A stretch of 64,000 nucleotides of DNA from Macrostomum lignano. Taxonomy: Eukaryota. Both the position numbers and the translations under genes were made by a program. The notes beneath the pieces were generated by a model. It was not told where the DNA came from. It was given only the letters and a program-made list of their open reading frames with translations, and searched no databases. Numbering within the stretch: position 1 is the stretch's first letter; every line of letters starts with the position of its first letter. The stretch spans positions 62,001-126,000 of the forward strand of contig NIVC01002552.1 in the NCBI GenBank assembly GCA_002269645.1. The letters run 5' to 3'. Shown in pieces: positions 27,006 through 38,430 of this stretch.

Positions 27006-28370
27006 ATCTAGCTATACATAATATGACCTAGATGTGCCACTCCAGCATTCGCTAATGTATTTAGCGGCCGTCTCCGAGGCCCCGAAAACCCAGGGGTTAG
27101 GGCCACAGATACTAGCTGTTGCTAATGTCTTGAGAGCAGCAGAAGCTACTGTCTATGGTCAACACCCCGGGGTATTCGCCCATCTAGGTAATATGTATCA
27201 GATTAGACATGCCTTTTGAGGGAGTTGTTTGTATAAATCACATTATAATCCATAGATATAAAGATTTTCCGTGACAATATTTGCGTTCTCCGGGATTTTA
27301 TTTGGTAATATTCAATAATATCCCGTAAAGACTATGTCTACCCAATTGCTTCACTCTGTCTACTCAAATTTACTTTGCTTAAGAACTGCTACTTGTAGTA
27401 GTTTTTATTGCACTGTACTATCTTTTATCTATTGCTAAAATATTTTATTCACCAATTACGCGCTGATCCATATGGTCCAAAAATCTTTGTGAGGACCACA
27501 CCCCCTATTTTTTTAAAGAATTCCCCTTTATAATCAGCTGCGACCTATTTCTTTTATTCCCAAATGTAAATACCAATATGTATCGAATCTCTTACTATAG
27601 CATTTCCCGGTCAATTTGGTCCTAGAATCACTCAATATAATCAGCAATAGAGAATATCAATTAATTCCGCCGTCACTAGAGATATTTTTATGGCCAAATA
27701 TGCTGTTTCGTTCCACTCAATTTAATCCTGGGAGCACTTATATAAAAATAATAGCTTTTATTAACATACAATATATCGGCAGAGCCCTACCCGGGCTGAT
27801 CCGAGGTACGCTACTTTCGTACCACTCGTTTAACAACAAAGACTATGTCTATGGTTTATACGAGATTTCGGCCCTTGTTCTATTGGGCCATAGACTACAA
27901 AAGCTAAGCTAAGTTATACAAAGCTACCCAAACTGGGAACCGATCGGTTTATACGTTGTGTACTTTATTTATTCGCAACTTAGACTACGACCCATGGTCC
28001 AGAATTATGCTTAAACATTCGATATATTAAAGCCTTAGTTAGTACTGGTACCTTACCGACGGACTCAAAGTGTAACCACTTTATTCTGAAGACATGATGT
28101 TTATAAAGCTCTATTTTTTTCTTTCTGTGCTCAATCCCTGAAAATACTTTCTAATAACTCACTCCCTATAAAATTTAATCCTATTTAGTGGCTTAGAAAG
28201 ATATGATATTAGATCGGATACCACTGACTGATCAGTGTGGAGGCTAGGCATTCGACCAATCAATATTTCGGTTCAACATGACGCCACCCCAGCATTCAAG
28301 CATCGGCAAGAGGTCAATCGGCTACCGTAACTACCTGTGCGCAAAATCTTAGCTACAAAACACAATCATG

Positions 28371-28994
28371 CTACTGCCAAGCCAGCGAAGCTTCTGAGTG
28401 CTCATTAGAATCAGGCAATAACTGGGCAGTTTGCTGCTCCTGCTGCTGGATACTCGGCCTCTCCCGAGCCAGCTGTCTGGAGAGCTCGCGCCTCTGTTTG
28501 TAGGTTGTGAACCCTTCCTCGGAGCCCAAAGCCTTCAGATAGGGGTCACGAAACGGCTCGTTCGGCCCAATGTCTGGCACGCGAAGTCGAGAATTCTCAT
28601 CCAGCTGCTGGTTGGACCGCAGCCTGAGCATCCGGTCCTGCAGCACACTGTCAACCATGTCTACTCGGGTCACTCGGGACAGGCAGAGTGGCACATAGGC
28701 GACCAGGCCGAGCACGATGCCGGTGCTCAGGGCGAAGAAGTAGCGGCCAAGGACAGCGGCGAATGGCAGGTGATTGTAGTAGCCGGCCCGGTGGCGGTAC
28801 CACACAAAGCCCGAGAAAAGGCCGGTGAGCGGCAACTGGCCATAGACCATGGACTCGTCCCGGCACTTCTTCATGTACACCATGTCCTCGTGGGTGAGCT
28901 CGCGGCGCTCTTCAGCCGGCGCTGAAGACTGCGGCTGCTGCCGGCTACTCGTTGAGGTCTGCGAATTTTCCTGCCCGAGCAGGTGCAAGTGAGC
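28371..28994 (-). CDS. OCIA-domain protein (OCIAD/asrij-like), coding exon; first exon or start not identified
   Basis: ELTHEDMVYMKKCRDES..YGQLPL..LFSG...G...RYFFALSTGIVLG.VAYVPLCLSRV...DSVLQD matches the OCIA pattern (L(T)xEExxxxxECxxES...PL...SYxxxC...SxL); C-terminal TTYKQRRE. Acceptor TAG at 28995-28997 in phase 0. Confidence 0.7.
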   Translation of the reverse strand, partial: AHLHLLGQENSQTSTSSRQQPQSSAPAEERRELTHEDMVYMKKCRDESMVYGQLPLTGLFSGFVWYRHRAGYYNHLPFAAVLGRYFFALSTGIVLGLVAYVPLCLSRVTRVDMVDSVLQDRMLRLRSNQQLDENSRLRVPDIGPNEPFRDPYLKALGSEEGFTTYKQRRELSRQLARERPSIQQQEQQTAQLLPDSNEHSEASLAWQ

Positions 28995-30204
28995 CTATTA
29001 ATAAATTTCTTCATTAAGCCAAATGTTCTTCATTCCTATGCCTTCCTAAAGCTATAGCTAATACTGAAAGCAGAACTTTCAATTAACAAGCTAAGTTTGA
29101 TTCAATATTCAAGCAATATATTGTATAATGTAGAATATTTAGCAGCTTTTAAGACTTCTAAATTGCTTCTATGCGCAAGCTATGCTTGCCACAATGTTTA
29201 GAATTTCTAAATACAAAGGCTTAAAATGGCAAAAAGTGAAAATTTCAGCTACGAGTACTCTTAATACCAAATAAAGCCGGTAGAAGACAGCAAGACAGTG
29301 AGTTCAACGCTGTGCTTAACTCAAATAAATAGTTGACAAAGCAAGTGGATGCATTGCATGTATTTATATTAAATGAAACAGAACGCTCAGCTGAGCAACG
29401 GACCAAATAATTTAAGAACGATTCGCCATTCTCGTAACAGAATTCAGACACAACTGGGAACATAGCGCATAGGTTATTGCGGTATTTGCACTGTGCTCCA
29501 ACTGAAAGGAAAGTACGATATAGAAAGAACGAGAGCAAGTGACTTTTTTAACCTTGCTACACCTGATTAGTTGACTACAACTCGAACCCTGCCTATTGCA
29601 AACTGTTAAATACGAGTATATGCTCATGCAATAGACCAAGTGTAATTTATGAATCCGCAAGCGAACAGACGGCAAATTAATTTTTAATAAATTCAACTCT
29701 TAAAAGCATCAAAAAGTTGAACAAATGAGCCAAGGACTCGTAGTTTTGCACGAATGACAGTCTTGATTAAAAAAATATAAAACATAACTTTCGCAAAAAC
29801 AACGTGAGAACCCAATCATTTTATATCACACTAACCGAAAAAAACAAAGAATGAACCACACAACAATGAACAAAAGTAAGCGCAATTAGGTAAAGAAAAG
29901 ATAATGATACAATTAATTAAGACAGCGAAACCAGAGGGCGCGCTTGAGAATATTTTGAACCAGTGATTTACGATTAAATTACCAATTAATAGAAATTTTA
30001 AACTTCAACGTTATAAGCAATGATTTAAATATCGCGTTGTAGGGACAAATGCTACGGTGAGTTCATTCTGAAAAGCTTGCAAATATTAATATATGGGAAC
30101 TTGAATTAAAAGTAAAAACAGCGAAACGAGAATTTGTACGGCAATACACAACACGATTCTTAACTGAAGAATTGTACATGCAAGCATCATTAATCAAGAG
30201 GCAT

Positions 30205-33200
30205 TCATTTGGTCGCATCTTGCGTGGCCTCGATATACATCAGCAGGCAGTTCTTGACAGCTTCGCACGTAGATTTTTCAACGGCCGTGTGCACCATTCG
30301 CGCAAAGCGAAGCAGCTGCGGTCCGCCAGGGGTCAAGGCCTCGCAGTAGGGGTGGCAGACGCAGTCAAACCGACGGGACCAACTTTCAACAAACAGCCTG
30401 TCGCCGTTGTTCGTCTGTCCTTCATCGTTACGGCCGTACCAGAAGAAGAAATTGTGGCACGGAAATAGAAACGGTCGGATGTAGCAGGTCTCCTCCATGC
30501 GGCACAGGATAAAGCGAATGTCTGACCTGGGGCACAGAGCCTGCAGCTCTTGCTCTGTCATGATTCGCATCGATGCATAGGTGCGCACGCAATCATCGGG
30601 GTTGTCGAAGCGCAGCACGCAGAACTCGCAGTTGCGGCAGACCTGAGCTGGTTGGAGATGCGGCGAAAAGACGCTGCGCACTTGCGGGTACTTCTTAAGG
30701 AAGTTTCGCACCAAGACGTGCTTGCCCAACTCGGAGTTGATGTTCCACACTAGGATGAAGTGCGGCTTCCTGTAGCCGTTCGGCACAGGGCAGAATGGTA
30801 ACATAAACGGGCGCAAGTGCTTGAACTTGTCCCAAGATCGATAGCTCCATTCGCTCACAAAAATGTTGTCCGGCAGCTGTATATTGAGGCGCTCCATCTC
30901 TTCGTTAAGCTTTATTTGAAGCGATCGCGTAGCTGAGAACATGGACGAACTCATCGCAGCGGGTGAGCAGCGAAACACGGCTTGTTTTGTCAGCACTTGA
31001 GGCACCGGCTGAGGATAAATGTGCACGTAGATGCAGTAAGCTTTGCAAGTTCGCTTCACGATCTCTTCGATTTCGAATGAGTCCATACTCAATGGAAAGC
31101 CTCTTGCAGTGTAGTATATGTCGGGCCCGTAAAGCAAACACCAATAACTACTGGCCGATCCGAGCTGAACACTGCCCAGCTCGATAGGGGGCACGCGATC
31201 CGAAGCGGGCCGGTCTTCGACGCATGCAAATTTCTTTGGACAGCTGTCCTCGAGCTTAAGCAGTTCGGTCAACTTCTGGCACACAACAGAAGGACCATCG
31301 ACCGCGAGCTGTTCAACAATATGTTTGGCGACGACATCTAGAGCCGAAGCGTGTGGTGCTATCGGCATGGAGTCGGTGTGGCAGTTGCACACAAACGGTA
31401 CATAAGGCCTGTCAGGCAAAGAGTCTTGTGGACACATGCTATCCCAGTCGGAATCGAGGTCCCAATGAAGAAAGTTGTGACAAGGAAAGGAAAATGGCGG
31501 AATCAAGCAAGTCTCTTGCATGCATACGAACGAGAACTTTACTTTACCGCTTGAAAATACAGCCTGCAACTCCTCCTCGGCAGCTTCTTCCAGTCTTTGC
31601 ATCATTACGGTGCAGTCTTCGGAGCTGTTGAACCTAGCAACGGCGTAGCCACAGTTCAATTGAATTGCGTTGCTCTTGAATCGGCCTTGCTTATATGACT
31701 TCCGAAATAGTCGCGGACAGTTAAAACTGCGTGCGCTGGGCATAGACCTACGCATGTTGTACAGAATGTGATTCGGATGCACATTGCCTGGTATATTCCA
31801 AATTAATAGAAACATGGGCTCAAAGGCTCGCGTCTTAGCTACGGGAACAAAGAAAAATGTATGCGGAAGATTAAACTTCATTTGATGAAATGCCTCTTCT
31901 GTATAGTCCTGTGCAAACAGATGCTCGTTACTGCACAGGTCACCAATCTTGTCCTTGACTTGATTAACCGAGGGCATAGGTGTCTGTTCGCTTAAGTTGC
32001 AAATAACACTCTTTCTCAAACCCTTAGGGTGAGTAAATGCGTAAATGCTTTCTATACCGTCAATTCGGCTGCAGACGGCGTCAACCAAGTCGACTGTATC
32101 TACCTCTGGATCGAATCCTGAGATTCGAAGGTATGGCATGCCGCCAAATTTGATTGACCAAGTGCGCTCCAGATAGCAAGACGGCGTCTCATCGTAGTCA
32201 TCCTCCTGCTCCTCTGCAGCTTCGTGCATGGAGAACGAACTTCGCCTACCACGACGCTTATTGCCGCTGCCCTGCTCAGAATCACGGTCGGGGCCGCGTT
32301 CACTTCGAGTATCTCGGTCGCGATTGCGATCCTGATCTCGCTGGGGGTCTTTGCTACTTCGACTATGACCTCGTTGGCGACTGCGGCTGCGACTGCTTCT
32401 GCGCTCTCGAGAACGCGATCTAGACCGGCGCCGCGATCCGGAACCGTGTTTGGACCTGGACCTGTCGCGATGGCTTCTGCTCTCGTCTGCTCGATGCCTG
32501 CTGCTGCTGCTGCGGCCGCGACCACTGCTACTTAGGGATGTATATGGTATCCTGCCACCTTGGCTGGGTGAGCTAGGGCGATAGCTGTCAGACTTAGGTG
32601 GCAAGCCAGATGAGGATGTTGTAGCAGTAGACGATGCTGCCAACTTCATTGTCCTAGACGACAAAGATGCGAGCAGTCCAGGCACATCCTTGTTAAGCTT
32701 CGGCGATGGGGCAAGTGAAGACTGCAACGGGGGTGAAGTGGGCGAACGCGCCCCACTATAGGAAGAAGCGCGAGGTCCCCACAGTTCGAACGCATTAATC
32801 TGACGCTGACGAGGTGGCACGCGAGCCGAACGAATTCTATCCAGCACTACCTGCCGTTTGGAGTGGCTGATGCGCAGAAAACCAGTGGTGTCGGAGCCAG
32901 AATCGCCGGGTATCAGTGCAAGATCGGTCTCTCTAGCACCAATGCAAGCAGCTAACTGCTTGGCTGTTGTAGACGGATCGATGTCAACAACCAATACAAA
33001 GTCCATTAGCTGCTTGTCAGCAGGCGGAGAACCAGACGAGCCGCTTTGAACAAACAGTGGAAATGACACAGAGAACTCGTTCAATGCTGAGATCATGCCC
33101 TGCCACATGCTTGGCGGAACAGCATCAAGGAGCAGTATGTAGCTCATGCCAAATGGTATCATTTGTCTGATATGGTTTTGATAGACTTTGTAGATCTGTG

Positions 33201-33423
33201 CCAACTGAGGTGTGTGCTGTGACACATAAATAAAATCAGACTGGACAAGCTCAAGTTCTCCTACATCTTCCTGATTAGAGCCTACTGGCATAGGATTTGA
33301 AGCCGATTGGCCAACAGGAAAGCTAAGCAGCTTTTGCAAGTGTTCATTGGATACAAGGTGGGCATTATAGTCAATGGGTGTGTAGAAATATTCACTACAC
33401 AATTCGCAGTATGGTAGATCCAT
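30205..33423 (-). CDS. Intronless 1072-aa putative RNA-binding protein: N-terminal U1/matrin-type C2H2 finger, RS-rich region, several degenerate RRMs and a duplicated Cys/His module
   Basis: YCELCSEYF..PIDYNAHLVSNEH; RSRS tract at ~32250-32560; RRM-like FLLIWNI...GYAVARF and FILVWNI...EFCVLRF; internal duplication of about 320-340 aa. Open frame of 3.2 kb. Confidence 0.85.
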   Translation of the reverse strand: MDLPYCELCSEYFYTPIDYNAHLVSNEHLQKLLSFPVGQSASNPMPVGSNQEDVGELELVQSDFIYVSQHTPQLAQIYKVYQNHIRQMIPFGMSYILLLDAVPPSMWQGMISALNEFSVSFPLFVQSGSSGSPPADKQLMDFVLVVDIDPSTTAKQLAACIGARETDLALIPGDSGSDTTGFLRISHSKRQVVLDRIRSARVPPRQRQINAFELWGPRASSYSGARSPTSPPLQSSLAPSPKLNKDVPGLLASLSSRTMKLAASSTATTSSSGLPPKSDSYRPSSPSQGGRIPYTSLSSSGRGRSSSSRHRADESRSHRDRSRSKHGSGSRRRSRSRSRERRSSRSRSRQRGHSRSSKDPQRDQDRNRDRDTRSERGPDRDSEQGSGNKRRGRRSSFSMHEAAEEQEDDYDETPSCYLERTWSIKFGGMPYLRISGFDPEVDTVDLVDAVCSRIDGIESIYAFTHPKGLRKSVICNLSEQTPMPSVNQVKDKIGDLCSNEHLFAQDYTEEAFHQMKFNLPHTFFFVPVAKTRAFEPMFLLIWNIPGNVHPNHILYNMRRSMPSARSFNCPRLFRKSYKQGRFKSNAIQLNCGYAVARFNSSEDCTVMMQRLEEAAEEELQAVFSSGKVKFSFVCMQETCLIPPFSFPCHNFLHWDLDSDWDSMCPQDSLPDRPYVPFVCNCHTDSMPIAPHASALDVVAKHIVEQLAVDGPSVVCQKLTELLKLEDSCPKKFACVEDRPASDRVPPIELGSVQLGSASSYWCLLYGPDIYYTARGFPLSMDSFEIEEIVKRTCKAYCIYVHIYPQPVPQVLTKQAVFRCSPAAMSSSMFSATRSLQIKLNEEMERLNIQLPDNIFVSEWSYRSWDKFKHLRPFMLPFCPVPNGYRKPHFILVWNINSELGKHVLVRNFLKKYPQVRSVFSPHLQPAQVCRNCEFCVLRFDNPDDCVRTYASMRIMTEQELQALCPRSDIRFILCRMEETCYIRPFLFPCHNFFFWYGRNDEGQTNNGDRLFVESWSRRFDCVCHPYCEALTPGGPQLLRFARMVHTAVEKSTCEAVKNCLLMYIEATQDATK

Positions 33424-34439
33424 GCTACCAACTCAGTTAAAATTGTTGGAACTCAGAAAAAAGGTCCAAGCAGTGATGCTTAGTCAAGCTGAAAAATTAA
33501 GAATTGAAAACAAGCTAAAGATTGTGCCTCTTCTTTTAAGGACTTGAACAGTTGCAGAAAATCTACCAGCCATAAATTTTGCTTCCTATATATCCCCTAA
33601 TGAGATGCCATTGAAAGTAAAGTGTCTAGACTATTCACTACCTATGACAGCAGGATTATTTAAATTTAAGTTAAAATCTTACCTACATTCTCTTTCAAAT
33701 TTGTATATTGAAAAAGTATAAAATTGAATAGCAATACTATAGGCCTGCAAAAAGTTATGAAATTTTAAAATTATTTAGACTTGTGACAAAAATCAGGCTA
33801 GGCCTAGATCTTTCTTCTTTTGTGAAATTTTATCTTAGCAACTTTCCTTTCTGCCATTAGACAATTTTCTAATTAAGCCATGAGCCAACCATAACAAACC
33901 TTAATTATTCCTTAGATTCTTGTTACCTTATTTGTTAATAGTATTTCAATGCTTAATATATTAAAATTTTTAAATTACTGTATAAGCTATAGATTAATCT
34001 TAGAATAACCTAAATGCAACTTAAGCCAATATTGCTATAGTTTAGTCCTATGACATTTTTTGAGAATATAATCAATCTAACTAGAATTTAATTAACCTAT
34101 TAGTGTATACTAGAATTGTAATCTTAATTAGAATAGCAGTTTAGTACATTTGTATATTTTATTTATACAAGTTAGGAATCTCTTTACTTGAGTATCTTGA
34201 GTAATTTATTAACTAAAATAGATAACTAGCTAAACAGTTATCATTAACTAATATAGTTATGATACAATAATGCAAATTAATATATACTTTTATCTCATAA
34301 ATGTCAACATATCTTTTTTTGAATAGTTATTATTTTGGTATGACTTTTCTTAAGATATTTATATTTTTTAGAAGCATATTGATTTTCTTTTTCATCTATG
34401 TAAATTCTAAAATATCTTAAAATCTAAAAAATCTCTTAT

Positions 34440-35620
34440 CAACCTTGAAATCCTTCTAACCCTAACCCATAAGGCTCATTCCATGAGTGTGTCACACATG
34501 GGTTCATTTTTTTATTGTAACATTTTCTTCATTTTTTATGTTTTTGAATGCACAAATATATATATTTTTAGTTTCTACTAGCAATCTACGCCCCCCGTTG
34601 GGGAGCCAAAGAAATGCAATACACGTTTTTTTAATAAGCTACATGTATCCTTGAAATCTTAAAAAACCTCCTGTCAAACCTTGTAAGCCTTGACATGTCA
34701 GTAATCCCCCCCCACAAGCTTTAACATATCAACTTCCCCCCTTGACATCTCAGCAATGCCCCCAATAAGCCTTGGAAATCTAAAAATATCTGTCAACCTT
34801 CTAACCCTAACGCTAGCCTAACCCTAACCCTAACCCTAACCCTAACCCAACCCTAAAGCATTGAAATTTCAGTAATTCTCTCTAAGAGTCATTATAGCAC
34901 TACTACAGTATTATAGCGAATCCCTGTAAGCCTCGACATCGTAGGGATTCCCAAATGAATATCTTAACTTCGACATGAAGCTTCTTTTATTTTTTACATT
35001 ACGCTTTTTTTATCAGCGATCCCTCCCCTGAGGAGGCATCAAATAATGTAATAAAAAGTTTTCAATAAACTACATGTAGCTTCTGACTTTAGCCTTGATA
35101 TCTTATTTATACCCCCGTGAGCCTTGACATCTAAGCTATTCCCCCCGTAAGCCTTGACATGTCAGCGATGGCCCCCATAAACCTTGAAATCTAAAAAATC
35201 CCCTGTTAACCTTGAAACCCGCTAAAATCTAACCCTCGACCCACACCTGACCTAAACCTAACTTTAACCCAACCTAAAGCCTTGAAATCTCAGAAATTCT
35301 TCTCCCCTAAGCCTTGACATTTTAGTGATTCCTTCTTTAAGAATCACAGCACTATAACGATTTCCACCAAGCTTTGACATCGTTGCGATTCCCAAATAAA
35401 TCTTTTAACTTTGACATGACTTTTATTTTATGTATACATAGTGCTACTTTTATTTTTTACATGACTCTTCTTCTATCAGCGCCCCCCGTGTCGAGCCAAC
35501 AAATAATGCAATAAAAAAATTGAGTAAAGTAAATGAACTTTGAAGTAGCTTCTGACTTTTGCTTTGACATCTCAGAAACCCCCCCCCCCCGTAATCTCAG
35601 TTATTCCCTGAGACCCTTTA
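34440..35620. repeat. Degenerate ~450-bp tandem triplication with (CCCTAA)n patches
   Basis: Homologous blocks near 34580, 35020 and 35480 (CCCCC..GAG.CA.AAA.AATGCAATA..., TACATGTAGCTT). Recurrent CCTTGA(C/A)ATCT subunit; telomere-like runs at ~34455, 34800-34857 and 35225-35275. Confidence 0.6.
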
Positions 35621-35789
35621 CGTCTCAGTTTTTCTCCCCAGCACAGCATTATAGCTGCATTTAATTTTTACATGACACCCTTCATGTCTGACATGATGCT
35701 TCTTTTATTCTACCATGATGCTTCTTAATTTTTTAAATGACACTTTCATTAGTTTTAAATGAGGCTCCTATGATTATTTCATGACGCTT

Positions 35790-37000
35790 CTACGATTTCT
35801 GCAGGAGGCTTCAATGATTTTTACATGACGCCTCTATGATTTTTACATGACGCTTCTATGATTTTCATATGACGCTTCTATGATTTTTTACATGACGCTT
35901 TTATGATTTTTTACATGACGCTTTTATGATTTTTACATGACGCTTCTATGATTGTTTACATGACGCTTCTATGATTTTTTACATGGCGCTTCTATGATTG
36001 TTTACATGACGCTTCTATGATTTTTACATGACGCTTCTATGATTGTTTACATGATGCTTCTACGATTTTTATATGACGCTTCTATGATATTTTAAATGGC
36101 GCTTCTATGATTTTTTAATGACGCTTCTATGATTTTTTACATGACGCTTCTGTGATTGTTTACATGACTCTTCTATGATTGTTTACATGACGCTTCTATG
36201 ATTGTTTACATGACGCTTCTATGATTGTTTACATGACGCTTCTTTGATTGTTTACATGACGCTTCTATGATTGTTTACATGACGCTTCTATGATTGTTTA
36301 CATGACGCTTCTATGATTGTTTACATGACGCTTCTAAGATTTTTTACATGACGCTTCTACGATTTTTTACATGACGCTTCTATGATTGTTTACATGACGC
36401 TTCTATGATTTTTTAAATGACGCTTCTATGATTTTTATATGACGCTTCTATGATTTTTTACATGACGCTTCTATGATTGTTTACATGACGCTTCTACGAT
36501 TTTTTTAAATGACGCATCTATGATTTTTATATGACGCTTCTATGATTTTTTAAATGACGCTTCTATGATTGTTTACATGACGCTTCTATCATTTTTTACA
36601 TGACGCTTCTATGATTTTTTAAATGATGCTTCTATGATTTTTTAAATGACGCTTCTATGATTGTTTACATGACGCTTCTATGATTTTTTACATGACTCTT
36701 CTATGATTTTTTAAATGACGCTTCTATGATTTTTACATGACGCTTCTATGATTGTTTAAATGACGCTTCTATGATTGTTTACATGACGCTTCTACGATTG
36801 TTTACATGACGCTTCTATGATTGTTTACATGACGCTTCTATGATTTTTTAAATGACGCTTCTATGATTGTTTACATGACGCTTCTATGATTTTTTACATG
36901 ACGCTTCTATGATTTTTAAATGATGCTTCTATGATTTTGTAAATGACGCTTCTATGATTGTTTACATGACGCTTCTATGATTTTTACATGACGCTTCTTT
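35790..37000. repeat. ~22-24-bp minisatellite, ~50 copies
   Basis: Unit ATGACGCTTCTATGATT(G/T)TTT(AC/AA). Confidence 0.97.
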
Positions 37001-38276
37001 TTAAAAAGTCTTTTAGTTTTCCTGACGTTGAAAAGCTTTAATTAAAAAAATTATACTCTATGAAAATTCAAACCATCGTCACTGCATTTAGCAGTTCAGT
37101 TTGTTCACCTTTAGGCTAGCTCTCATCGTTTTGATAACATCAACTTTTGCACTTATATAACTCAACACTTTTAAATCCAAGCATAGAGTAAATCACACGA
37201 AGCAGTTATGACATAATCAGTTTCTCAGTCAGTCAGTATCAGTTAACAATATGGTTACGCAATTTAAATCAAGTCTGGTGCTACGCTTCCACACTGCATT
37301 TTCAATTCAAGTCGGAGTTACAATTCAGTTATGATGCAATCTATTTCAGAGTCAGAATTCAACCAGTCAGTTTTTTCTCTAGCATTCTTACAAATGCATT
37401 TCAAGTCAAAAAGTTTGCTTGACCTTTGCAAAAAAGCATGTTTTTCGAATATTTAATGCCTTTAGCATCGAGCAATTTCTTAGCCACGATGCATGTACCG
37501 TCACGGGAAAATTTCTGATCTAACAGCGCAAGTTCGAACAAAATCGGTCCAGCCATTTTTTCTCTAATATATCACATATATATATATATATATAGACATC
37601 ACATTTTTAGTATATAGGATTGGCTAATATCAATTTTTTTGCACATATTATTTAAATAAAGCTCTAGTCTATATAGTACCTCATGTGGCCCATGACAAAC
37701 ACAATTGACATTGTCTTTTTCCTACTTAATAAAATATTTCATTCAAAATATTTGTATAATATAAATTATGTATTTATTTGATAAAGTATTTACCTATGTT
37801 CTTTAAGAAAATAGACTTAAGAATATATTAGAAAGATGGCTAAGTATGGCTAATTTCCAGTTTGTGTATTGATTTTTATGGCTCTAAGATCACAAAGACC
37901 GAAGAAAACACAAAAAACAATTCACTCCCCTTTACCTTTGAGTTCTTCAACTTCGACCGTCACATGCACAATAAGCTGAATTAATTGAGAATCAAAAACT
38001 TCTGTGTCACAAGTTAAACAAGTTCAAAAGATCTAGTTGGTTATTATTTTTTTATGAAAAAAAGGCTGCAAAACCCCTTTTTCATATATTTTTTTGTGAA
38101 ATTAATGTACCAACCTTCGACTATCACACTCGTGGAAATAGCCATAACCCAAACCTAACCTAAACCTAACCTTTACCCTAATGCCTTGATATCTCAAAAA
38201 TATTTGTATAATTATTTACATTTGTTATTTGCCATGAGCCTTGACATCTTAATAACTCTCCCCTAAAAGCATACAT

Positions 38277-38430
38277 GTGCAACCTTCAGAATCACTTGGT
38301 TGTTTCTATTGGCAACATACACATATAAGTTGCTATTGGCTAAGAGTAGTCACATGATTACTATTCTGTCCAATAGCAACTTACATGTGTGTTGCCAATA
38401 GAAATGGCTAGGTGAATCCCTAGGTTGTAC
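38277..38430. mobile_element. Palindromic foldback element (~150 bp)
   Basis: TTCTATTGGCAACATACACATATAAGTTGCTATTGG...CCAATAGCAACTTACATGTGTGTTGCCAATAGAA with outer GTGCAACCT/AGGTTGTAC. Confidence 0.7.

Noticed and set aside
34800-34860. (CCCTAA)n as a true telomere or fusion point
   Set aside because: Only a handful of imperfect units, embedded in a degenerate repeat, with similar patches scattered elsewhere.
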